IMG/VR virus record: IMGVR_UViG_3300046507_000667 | Location: 185,348 to 249,347 of that record | Reading direction: 5' to 3' (one strand) | DNA: 64,000 bases | Shown: piece by piece, positions 9,682 through 17,514 of the stretch | Layout: every line of letters starts with the position of its first letter | How positions within the stretch are numbered: position 1 is the stretch's first letter | Notes under the pieces: generated by a model | The model's database searches: none | Told to the model about the DNA's origin: nothing | Seen by the model: only the letters and a program-made list of their open reading frames with translations | Made by a program: the position numbers and the translations under genes

Positions 9682-9711
9682 TCCCTATACCCTCGAAAGA
9701 AGGTATAGGGA
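9682..9711. terminator. CCCTATAC-family hairpin terminator
   Basis: TCCCTATACCCTCGAAAGAAGGTATAGGGA followed by a T-rich tract. Confidence 0.85.
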
Positions 9712-9825
9712 ATTTTACGTATTAATGCAATATTTAGTGATATATTATTTGAATGGAATACGAATAGCCATCCGTCGCTATTTGTTGACTGCAATAATTC
9801 TTCTAATTAGGAAAAGGAAAAAGAA

Positions 9826-10344
9826 ATGCCGATCGTGAATTCGAAACCCATGCAGTCGATGCAGTACATGTCGTTTGAATGGGTAATTCACCAGATGGAA
9901 TACTCCGGTCATGTGTTTTATCTGACTGGTAGCCGTGCATTTGGCGGTGCTCGCATTGATTCGGATTGGGATTACTTCACGGAAAACACCGATGAAGTTG
10001 TCAGCCTTCTGAAGCAACTGAACTTTGTTGAGATCAGTAACATGGTAGAATACCATCGTGACAATCAGATCTCTCGTGTGTTTGAACTGGTTACACAGGA
10101 TGCCAAGCACATCCAAGTCCAACTAGTTCGTGACGTCATTGCGAAGAATGAGATTCAGGACACTCTTCTCAATGGTGAAATGCGTGAAGTTCTTCTCAAT
10201 ACTCCGAAAGATCAACGTTCGATCATTTGGAATCTTGCTTACGATGGTTACATGAAAGGCAAGCATCGTGCTTATCGTGAGCAAGCTGAAGAACGCGCAC
10301 GTCTGAAAAAGCAACAACGTCAAGACGAATTCGTGGTAAGTTAA
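9826..10344 (+). CDS. Small Pol-beta superfamily nucleotidyltransferase
   Basis: YLTGSRAFG-x5-SDWDY motif; own promoter motif and terminator. Confidence 0.75.
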   Translation: MPIVNSKPMQSMQYMSFEWVIHQMEYSGHVFYLTGSRAFGGARIDSDWDYFTENTDEVVSLLKQLNFVEISNMVEYHRDNQISRVFELVTQDAKHIQVQLVRDVIAKNEIQDTLLNGEMREVLLNTPKDQRSIIWNLAYDGYMKGKHRAYREQAEERARLKKQQRQDEFVVS

Positions 10345-10354
10345 ACGAATTGAA

Positions 10355-10385
10355 TCCCTATACCTTCTTTATGAGGGTATAGGGA
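10355..10385. terminator. CCCTATAC-family bidirectional terminator
   Basis: Between convergent ORFs ending at 10344 (+) and 10409 (-). Confidence 0.85.
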
Positions 10386-10408
10386 GTTCTTTTCATCTTG
10401 TTTTTTTT

Positions 10409-10732
10409 TTACCTTACTCGATAAGGCTTTTGAGTAAGAGTACCATAACCTACAGATTTTTGCATATAACTACGAAGACGTGCTTTCTTTTCTTCAATAT
10501 CTTGACGATTGCCAATACGTGAAGTATCAATGCCTGTTTCTTCTAGTAATTCGAGTACAGCTAATTGGTCGTTAATTTCTCTAATACATCGATCAATATT
10601 GGTACCTTGATCCGGATTAGCTGGATCTACGTTATCTTCACCAAAACGAGCAATCTTACCGACAGCTTGTGATGTTTCACCTGCTTCTTCAGATAAACAC
10701 GTCCAGAGTAGTTCTTTATAGTTCATGTGCAA
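10409..10732 (-). CDS. MazG-like NTP pyrophosphohydrolase
   Basis: LSEEAGETSQAVGK...REINDQLAVLELL, matching the EExxE...ExxD pattern. Confidence 0.75.
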   Translation of the reverse strand: MHMNYKELLWTCLSEEAGETSQAVGKIARFGEDNVDPANPDQGTNIDRCIREINDQLAVLELLEETGIDTSRIGNRQDIEEKKARLRSYMQKSVGYGTLTQKPYRVR

Positions 10733-10815
10733 TATTCCTTAAAAATAAAAGACTTTACTAATTAAATGTCTTAGAATATTACACTCGGATCATACAAAAA
10801 ATAAAAGAATAGTAG

Positions 10816-10856
10816 ATTACCCCCTATACTCCCATTTAAGGAAGTATAGGGGTAAT
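10816..10856. terminator. CCCTATAC-family hairpin terminator
   Basis: ATTACCCCCTATACT...AGTATAGGGGTAAT. Confidence 0.8.
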
Positions 10857-10859
10857 CAA

Positions 10860-11084
10860 TTAAGCTCGCGCCGAAGCTATTTGTTTCATAGCTTGACGTT
10901 CATGTTCTCTTTTCTTTGCAGCACAATCTTGATCTTTGAATGTATGTGCTTTGATGACAATGAGTTCATTGCCATTTTCATCTACAATTTTAAGCTTATC
11001 GCGAATTTCTTTTACTACTCGACAGATACCAACAGCAGGTTGTTGTGCCAAAGGAGAGAGCTTGACAAACGATACAGATTTCAT
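10860..11084 (-). CDS. Hypothetical protein
   Basis: 74-aa ORF between a promoter motif and a terminator. Confidence 0.6.
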   Translation of the reverse strand: MKSVSFVKLSPLAQQPAVGICRVVKEIRDKLKIVDENGNELIVIKAHTFKDQDCAAKKREHERQAMKQIASARA

Positions 11085-11151
11085 CTTAATTTAATAATGA
11101 AGTGGTTGATATCAAGAATAATATATATCCTTGATATCAGGTTGGTTACTA

Positions 11152-11640
11152 TTAATCAGCTTTCTTGGTATCAGACGCTAGTTCTGGATTAGTACTGCAA
11201 TTTTCACCACGTCGATAAACTTCTTGCTTACGATATGGTAAGAATCCACAAAACTCATACTGATTTACGGTAGTATTTGACATCAGGTCTACTGCCTTTG
11301 AGATGTATGCAGCTACGCCAAAAGGACGAATTACCATAATACCGTCTTTAATAAGCTGCTCAATTGCACGACTAGTAGGAGTACTAAAGAAAGCTACCTT
11401 GCCCACTACTACCTTATTGATTTCATTAAATTCTAGCTCTTTAATTTGGAATACACTATCTTCAATAGAAGGAGCAAATTCATTAGTAAAACGAGCAGGT
11501 AGTTCTGATACACCAACTATACCATTTGGATGCTTTTTATTAAATTCATCAATGGCTTTCTTCAATACTTCAGTTGGATAGATTACACCATTTACATTAG
11601 GTTTATCAGCATGAAGTACTGAATGAAGAGTGAATTCCAT
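11152..11640 (-). CDS. Prohead-protease-like protein (T4 gp21-like N-terminus), probably catalytically inactive
   Basis: LHADKPNVNGVIYPTEVLKKAI resembles the gp21/S77 N-terminal motif; the GELxHP and GVSSRG catalytic motifs are not conserved. Confidence 0.5.
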   Translation of the reverse strand: MEFTLHSVLHADKPNVNGVIYPTEVLKKAIDEFNKKHPNGIVGVSELPARFTNEFAPSIEDSVFQIKELEFNEINKVVVGKVAFFSTPTSRAIEQLIKDGIMVIRPFGVAAYISKAVDLMSNTTVNQYEFCGFLPYRKQEVYRRGENCSTNPELASDTKKAD

Positions 11641-11643
11641 TTA

Positions 11644-13002
11644 TTATCCTTTCACAATAAGAAGTTTGGATACTGCTCGGGTACAGGCCGTATATAACCA
11701 ACGTCGATGAAACGCTTGGTCGCCTAACCGTTCCTCATATACCATCAATTTGTCATATGATGAACCTTGAGATTTGTGGCAAGTAATGCAGTAGCCAAAA
11801 TCCATCTGATAGATATTTTCTTCTTTAGTAAAACCACCGACAATATGAGGTTCATCCTTGTACTTAGTGTACATATTGTCACGAGGAAGAATGGCCTTTA
11901 TTAGACGTTCTTCACCATTATCGCCTCTTAACCTAATAAAATGACGATGACTTTCACTTTGAGCTAAATTAGAATAGTCTTCACCAGAAGTCCATTGTTG
12001 ACCATTGAATACCATATACATCTGTACATTTGACAGACCAATGAGCTTTTCACCCATATATGGCATCTTTTTAACATCATACCCATGTACTTTACGCATA
12101 TGAGTATTGACATTCTTACGAGTCTCATTCTTACCACAAATAATCTGATCAACATACTTCATCATCTTATCAGTGATTTCATCAGCAGATGCTTTAAAGA
12201 CACCGGGACCATATTGACCAAATGGAATCGGTTTACCTTCTCGGATATCTAATGAAAGTCTAATAATTGGTGAGTCTAATGCCTGACGATGGATTTCAGT
12301 AAGCCTATCTTCAGCTTTAACCATGAAATCCTTATCATCAGGATCATTACTAATAGCAGGTAACTGACCTGAGTCACCTACATAGAGTACAGGGATACCG
12401 AATGATTCAATATCCTTACGCATCTTGCTATCGACCATTGATGCTTCATCAACGACGATTAATGAATAAGCATTTCGTACATCATTAGCTGAACGACGTA
12501 CAAAGATTGGCATCATTGCAGATGGATCTTCTAATTCATAGAAAAGCGAATGGATACTGGTAGCTTCAACACCACGCTTTTGAAGAACAAGAGCAGCTTT
12601 CCATGTGAATGTACACACTGCAATATTCTTTTCCTTCATATACGAAGGAAAGGTTTCTTGTGCCGTATTCAAGAAGTATGAGATAACAGCAGTCTTACCA
12701 GTACCAGCAAAACCTGCTAGACGCCTAAATGGAGTACGAGAATTTGGATTCTCATATAACCATTTAAGGATATTTTTTACTGCACCATATTGTTCATCAG
12801 ATAGAGTAAGGTTATACTCTGGTAGCTGAAGAACACGAGTCATCTTACCAAAATCAAAAGTTTCAGTAGGATTATAACTACCATAGGGTGATAGAACATC
12901 TTCTATCTTGAAAGATGCACTACCTTCAAAGAATTTAGCTTCAATATCTCTATTAGCATTCTTATTGACCTTTGGCATTATAGGTAGTGGTTTCAATACC
13001 AT
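11644..13002 (-). CDS. dda: SF1B helicase (Dda/RecD-like)
   Basis: AGFAGTGKT, TSIHSLFY, IVVDEASMV, VGDSGQLP, LTEIHRQ, YCITCHKSQGSSY, YTACTRA. Confidence 0.88.
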   Translation of the reverse strand: MVLKPLPIMPKVNKNANRDIEAKFFEGSASFKIEDVLSPYGSYNPTETFDFGKMTRVLQLPEYNLTLSDEQYGAVKNILKWLYENPNSRTPFRRLAGFAGTGKTAVISYFLNTAQETFPSYMKEKNIAVCTFTWKAALVLQKRGVEATSIHSLFYELEDPSAMMPIFVRRSANDVRNAYSLIVVDEASMVDSKMRKDIESFGIPVLYVGDSGQLPAISNDPDDKDFMVKAEDRLTEIHRQALDSPIIRLSLDIREGKPIPFGQYGPGVFKASADEITDKMMKYVDQIICGKNETRKNVNTHMRKVHGYDVKKMPYMGEKLIGLSNVQMYMVFNGQQWTSGEDYSNLAQSESHRHFIRLRGDNGEERLIKAILPRDNMYTKYKDEPHIVGGFTKEENIYQMDFGYCITCHKSQGSSYDKLMVYEERLGDQAFHRRWLYTACTRAVSKLLIVKG

Positions 13003-13043
13003 TATAATTCCTGATTTATTTGTATAATTATATGTATCTTTTA

Positions 13044-13430
13044 CTAAATCAATCCAAGAAGCTTTAAAGATTCTTCGTATTTTGGTGGAAGCTTGAAATT
13101 GTTTTCAACTCTAACACGAAAACTATAATGCATCTCTCTTTTGATTACATCTTTTTCGAATTGAAAGCTAGATGAATCTAACTCTACAAGAATGGATGCA
13201 ATCTTCATGCTATGAGTAGTACTAACATCAAACTTTTTGTAACCACTATTTTTTAATTTCGTTTCTAGATCAATTAGTAAAATGCTGATAATATGCTGCC
13301 ATGCATCATCAGCTGTAATGAATAACTGATTATCGTGAGTACTAGATTTTTCTTTATGTTTTTGATGATTTAATTCTTCAGTTGCTTTGAATGTTGTAAC
13401 TTCAGTAGTTGTTTTTTGAATAGCGTACAT
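13044..13430 (-). CDS. LP...LKLLG family paralogue (cluster 1)
   Basis: LFITADDA; ends KLPPKYEESLKLLGLI. Confidence 0.8.
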   Translation of the reverse strand: MYAIQKTTTEVTTFKATEELNHQKHKEKSSTHDNQLFITADDAWQHIISILLIDLETKLKNSGYKKFDVSTTHSMKIASILVELDSSSFQFEKDVIKREMHYSFRVRVENNFKLPPKYEESLKLLGLI

Positions 13431-13804
13431 TAGTTTTTTCCCACATTGTATCCATGAAGCTTTAAAATATTTAAAGCATCTTCTGGAATGGTATACATGC
13501 CAACTCCAACAGTAACTGTAATTTGAATTTTAGCATTGGAATCAGGTCTTGCAAGGACAATATGGAAGACACCTCCCATTGAATATTCTTCTTCAATGAA
13601 ACCATCTTGAAAGATTTCACCTTTAATGACTTTTTCTTTGATTTTATGAGCTACTTTAGATAACTCTTCTCTAGCTTGTTCTGGACTAAAGTAGAAGGTA
13701 GAATGATTGTGCCTAGCTTTAGGCTGCATTTCCTCTACTACTTTCTTATTAGGAGTATCAATCTCACGATACCATTGTGTTTCTGAAGAAAGAATATACA
13801 TCAT
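13430..13804 (-). CDS. LP...LKLLG family paralogue (cluster 1)
   Basis: YFSPEQA; TIPEDALNILKLHG. Confidence 0.8.
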   Translation of the reverse strand: MMYILSSETQWYREIDTPNKKVVEEMQPKARHNHSTFYFSPEQAREELSKVAHKIKEKVIKGEIFQDGFIEEEYSMGGVFHIVLARPDSNAKIQITVTVGVGMYTIPEDALNILKLHGYNVGKN

Positions 13805-13805
13805 T

Positions 13806-14183
13806 TTAAGCCTCTATTAGTAGATCAAGCATCTTAAGAGCATTCATATATTCTTCTGGTAGTTGATAATTCCTTTTTTCAATCTCAACAGCAACTACGA
13901 GATTATTCAATGGATTATCATAGTCAATAGTTCTTTGATTTTCATCTCTGACTAATACTGTTGACCATTCTCTATTAGTAACTTTGATGACAGGCCATTG
14001 ATATGGTAACAAATATAGCACTTTGATCTTTTCTACCTCAGCCGCCATTTCTTCTTCCATCTTCTTATGGGCTATTTCTAAGGTAGGACAGATAAGTTCA
14101 CACGCTCTATAAAAAATTCTTTTGGTATCTTGAGCTTTACCAGATCGAGCTAGTGTATGACACTGTACAATTATTCTATACAT
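13806..14183 (-). CDS. LP...LKLLG family paralogue (cluster 1)
   Basis: Start moved to the ATG at 14183 (MYRIIV), coupled to the upstream stop; CPTLEIA; QLPEEYMNALKMLD. Confidence 0.78.
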   Translation of the reverse strand: MYRIIVQCHTLARSGKAQDTKRIFYRACELICPTLEIAHKKMEEEMAAEVEKIKVLYLLPYQWPVIKVTNREWSTVLVRDENQRTIDYDNPLNNLVVAVEIEKRNYQLPEEYMNALKMLDLLIEA

Positions 14184-14718
14184 TGATAGGATATGACCAC
14201 TGAAGAAGAGTTTGACGTTGCCGAGAACGACATTCAAGATCACCCGGTTTACATGCAGCTTGAATTTGAGCTACATGGCGCTTAATACTTAGCCATCGAT
14301 TAATCTGAATCTTATCAGTTTCTGGTTCTCGCCTTCCATAATAAAGACGACAGTACCATTGCATCCAACCTCTTGGATCATTACCATAAATCCAACCATT
14401 CTCTTGCCACTCTTTAAGAGACTTACGAGCTACTAATCCAAAATAGTTTAGTGAGGGATCTCCATGATCACCTTTAGCTTCTTTAGCATGAGTAAACCAG
14501 TTTGAAGGAAATTCATGATGACAATCTCTCATGTATTTACCTTCAAATACTCCCATTTCTAGCATTTGTTTAGGAGTAAAAGCTGGATTGAAATTAGGGT
14601 ATTGCTTTTTGATATCTGATAGATCGCCTTCTGGCATCACCAATTCATATGAATAATTCTTTTGCATCTTATCATTCACATGAATAATCCTACTTCTACT
14701 CTCTAAAAAGATTGCCAT
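14176..14718 (-). CDS. Conserved hypothetical protein (FTPKQMLEMGVF...DPRGWMQWYCR family), unrelated to the flanking array
   Basis: Trp/Arg-rich motifs that I recall from a widespread uncharacterised family of large viruses and bacteria. Confidence 0.75.
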   Translation of the reverse strand: MAIFLESRSRIIHVNDKMQKNYSYELVMPEGDLSDIKKQYPNFNPAFTPKQMLEMGVFEGKYMRDCHHEFPSNWFTHAKEAKGDHGDPSLNYFGLVARKSLKEWQENGWIYGNDPRGWMQWYCRLYYGRREPETDKIQINRWLSIKRHVAQIQAACKPGDLECRSRQRQTLLQWSYPINV

Positions 14719-15072
14719 TTATTCACCTAAAAGCACTAATTTATTAATGATTACATCAGGAAGTCTATGGTGTTTCATATTGATATAGACTGTACAATCT
14801 TTACTACATTCTTCTTCTTTACCACCTTCATATCTTTGAATAAATACTTCTTGATATGTAATTACAATAGTGGTAGGTGTTTGCCGTATTTTTTTATTTC
14901 TTATATTTGGATTATCTACAATATCATCAATCCAAGTATCTAGTGCATATTTCCAAGCAGCATCTTCTTCAGTAAATAATTGAGGAAGATGAAGCTCTAG
15001 AAATTGCTGAGAATTTGGATTATTTGCTGTCTTAGCATAACCATAAGCAGCTAATGCATATACCGTGTTCAT
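14719..15072 (-). CDS. LP...LKLLG family paralogue (cluster 1)
   Basis: LFTEEDAA; RLPDVIINKLVLLGE. Confidence 0.8.
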   Translation of the reverse strand: MNTVYALAAYGYAKTANNPNSQQFLELHLPQLFTEEDAAWKYALDTWIDDIVDNPNIRNKKIRQTPTTIVITYQEVFIQRYEGGKEEECSKDCTVYINMKHHRLPDVIINKLVLLGE

Positions 15073-15464
15073 TATTCTCCTAATAGCATAAGCTTATTAA
15101 TGATTAAATCTGGAAGAACATGGATTCTTATTCTAAAACGAATTTCACATGGAACTATTTGAGAAAAACATTCTGCAGGAGATCCATCTTCTGGAAGTGT
15201 GGCTCTATTAAGCCAATCCATATAGCATACATTTACCGCCATTGGACCTCTAAGAATTTTGAATTCTTTTCCAGTATTTTGTGTTTTAATAAGCTTTGGT
15301 GCCCACTCTTTTTCACAAAAATCTAATGCTTCATCAAAATCTAAAAATAGTTGTGGATGGTTATATATACTATTTGTACTAATATCAAGTATAGGTAATC
15401 CTACTCCTTTAGCTATAGTTGCTTGTATTGCAATTACTTCATGTTTTGGATCATGCATACTCAT
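15072..15464 (-). CDS. LP...LKLLG family paralogue (cluster 1)
   Basis: LFLDFDEA; VLPDLIINKLMLLGE. Confidence 0.8.
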   Translation of the reverse strand: MSMHDPKHEVIAIQATIAKGVGLPILDISTNSIYNHPQLFLDFDEALDFCEKEWAPKLIKTQNTGKEFKILRGPMAVNVCYMDWLNRATLPEDGSPAECFSQIVPCEIRFRIRIHVLPDLIINKLMLLGE

Positions 15465-15798
15465 TCAATCCTAAAATCTGAAGAACTCCTTTTACTTCTT
15501 CAGAAATTTCCATTTTTTGAATAGTAAAAAATGTAATATATCGCCATTGAATTCCACTAACTACTTGAAGCCAAGTTACAAAGCCACCAGTCTTATTTCT
15601 AATTTTTGATATTTCAGAAACATTTTCTTCTAACTTTGCTTCATCAAATTCTAGTTCCATTAATCCGTCAGAAACTGCATTCATTGCTGACTGTTTAGTA
15701 GTAAATAGTTGCTTACGAATTTTAGTACTAAATGGAACGCTAGTTGTATCAAACTGCTCTGGAGTACAACGACGACGTTCGACAATTATGATATACAT
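15451..15798 (-). CDS. LP...LKLLG family paralogue (cluster 1)
   Basis: LFTTKQSA; EISEEVKGVLQILGL. Confidence 0.78.
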   Translation of the reverse strand: MYIIIVERRRCTPEQFDTTSVPFSTKIRKQLFTTKQSAMNAVSDGLMELEFDEAKLEENVSEISKIRNKTGGFVTWLQVVSGIQWRYITFFTIQKMEISEEVKGVLQILGLNEYA

Positions 15799-16199
15799 TA
15801 AAGTAATCCCATTAATTTTAAAGCACTTTCCATTTCAGAAGGAAGATCTACTTTATCCCATGTTAGAATTGCAGTAAATTCAAATTCTTCTTTTATTTGT
15901 TTATAATTTGCTAGAATAAATTTATCATATACTGTTGGAGAATTAGATAAATCTTTCTTTTTTAATGCTACTAAATCTAATGCTTTCCATCTAAAATTAA
16001 AAGCATTGGCATTTGGAGAAGGTTTATTAAAAGAAATAAGATCTTCTTTTGTTTTAGCATAACGTATTAAAATCTCAGCAATTTTTGATTCAGCAAATTC
16101 CTGTGCTTGATCTTTAGTTACAAATAATGGAGAGTAATTTGATTTATCAAATGGAAGTTTATTGTCACTTCTATATAAAGCTTTATTTACAATCCACAT
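15798..16199 (-). CDS. LP...LKLLG family paralogue (cluster 1)
   Basis: LFVTKDQA; DLPSEMESALKLMGLL. Confidence 0.8.
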   Translation of the reverse strand: MWIVNKALYRSDNKLPFDKSNYSPLFVTKDQAQEFAESKIAEILIRYAKTKEDLISFNKPSPNANAFNFRWKALDLVALKKKDLSNSPTVYDKFILANYKQIKEEFEFTAILTWDKVDLPSEMESALKLMGLL

Positions 16200-16534
16200 T
16201 AACTTACTCCATCTTCACCATGTCCCATTAGAGTAAGTAGATTATCTAGTTGAGGACCAAGATGCATTGGTTTAATAGTATATTCAAGATGCAATATAGC
16301 TTTCTCATCATGCTTACTATGCTTTAGATTTGCTCTAATTTCAAGTATTGGATGAGGTGCAATGTAATCTATTATTTCCCGATGCTTTACATGAGGAACA
16401 TGCATTGCAATATTCGCATGAATAGCTGCTTTAGCCTCTGGAATTGAATCAAAAAGATTATTAAAAGAATTAGCAAAGCTGATAAGACCATCGCTATCAC
16501 GCTTTACCATATGTACGCCATATTGAATAATCAT
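16199..16534 (-). CDS. LP...LKLLG family paralogue (cluster 1)
   Basis: LFDSIPEA; HLGPQLDNLLTLMG. Confidence 0.78.
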   Translation of the reverse strand: MIIQYGVHMVKRDSDGLISFANSFNNLFDSIPEAKAAIHANIAMHVPHVKHREIIDYIAPHPILEIRANLKHSKHDEKAILHLEYTIKPMHLGPQLDNLLTLMGHGEDGVS

Positions 16535-16830
16535 GACCGAAGTTCCTCTGGTAGCTTAAGTCCACCAATAATATGATACGTTCTATTGATTTTCCAATTA
16601 TTGCTAATTTCAATATCAATAGAAGCTGCTGAACCAACAATTTTTAGTCTTGCTCGATTCTCATCAATTTTAGTTTTTAATTCATATGAAACTTTCTTGA
16701 TATAATGGGGAAATACAACTTCTCTAATATAGTTTGCAGCAGAAGCTTGATCTAAAAAAGTTTGCTTTTCAATATCAAAATCAATCTGTGGCTTATCTTT
16801 TTCTTTCGAATAGCTTAAAATAACAAACAT
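16531..16830 (-). CDS. LP...LKLLG family paralogue with truncated C-terminal motif (cluster 1)
   Basis: TFLDQASA; ends KLPEELRS-stop. Confidence 0.7.
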   Translation of the reverse strand: MFVILSYSKEKDKPQIDFDIEKQTFLDQASAANYIREVVFPHYIKKVSYELKTKIDENRARLKIVGSAASIDIEISNNWKINRTYHIIGGLKLPEELRS

Positions 16831-16932
16831 AGATTTCTCTAAAAATAATGAAAAATAAAGAAAAAAGTAGCTCTCTTACGAGCTACTCACAAGTCTGGCC
16901 ATTACTTGTTTTGGTACTACTTTTGTATTACC

Positions 16933-17418
16933 TTACAGGACAGTTTCGAAACCGACCCGAGGTGTATATTTTTTAATATAGAAAAGCACCTTCCGAATTG
17001 CTGCTAATGCTGCTACCTTGCAAACCCCCGACATGGATTCATAACGAGTAAACCGAAGTTTACCCAGATCCTCATTCTGGTATTTCAGATCCAGAAAACC
17101 TACTAACCGCATATTTGTAGGAGTCAGGAGCCAAAATTCTTCATAGAGGCCAATATCAGGTACTTCGTTGATAGATGGCTTATGAAGATTCATATGCCTA
17201 TCATCTGGTGAGTAGATGAAGGCAATCCCTGTCATGCGAAATGCATCTTGTGCAGTTCGGGTCTTTAGATTCAAAGACCAACCATGAAGGGCTTCCGCCA
17301 AAGACGGAGCTACACAGATACGCTTGGTAGCTACGTCCTCCCCGGTGGCGCAAAACATCGGTACTCTTGGAATAAATTCACAGTTGCTTCCAAGATATTT
17401 GGTGCTGATGTGATACAT
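16933..17418 (-). CDS. Hypothetical protein, possible ADP-ribosyltransferase-like fold
   Basis: YHIS...FIPRVP...ED..TKRICVAPSL...EEFWL pattern; the fold assignment is inference. Confidence 0.45.
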   Translation of the reverse strand: MYHISTKYLGSNCEFIPRVPMFCATGEDVATKRICVAPSLAEALHGWSLNLKTRTAQDAFRMTGIAFIYSPDDRHMNLHKPSINEVPDIGLYEEFWLLTPTNMRLVGFLDLKYQNEDLGKLRFTRYESMSGVCKVAALAAIRKVLFYIKKYTPRVGFETVL

Positions 17419-17514
17419 TAAGTTTGATCTCTTTTTTAGTAAATCACAGGTACATCAACGAGGTACTACATTATTATAATATATTTATATTTCTCTTTTT
17501 GATTCTAAAATAAA

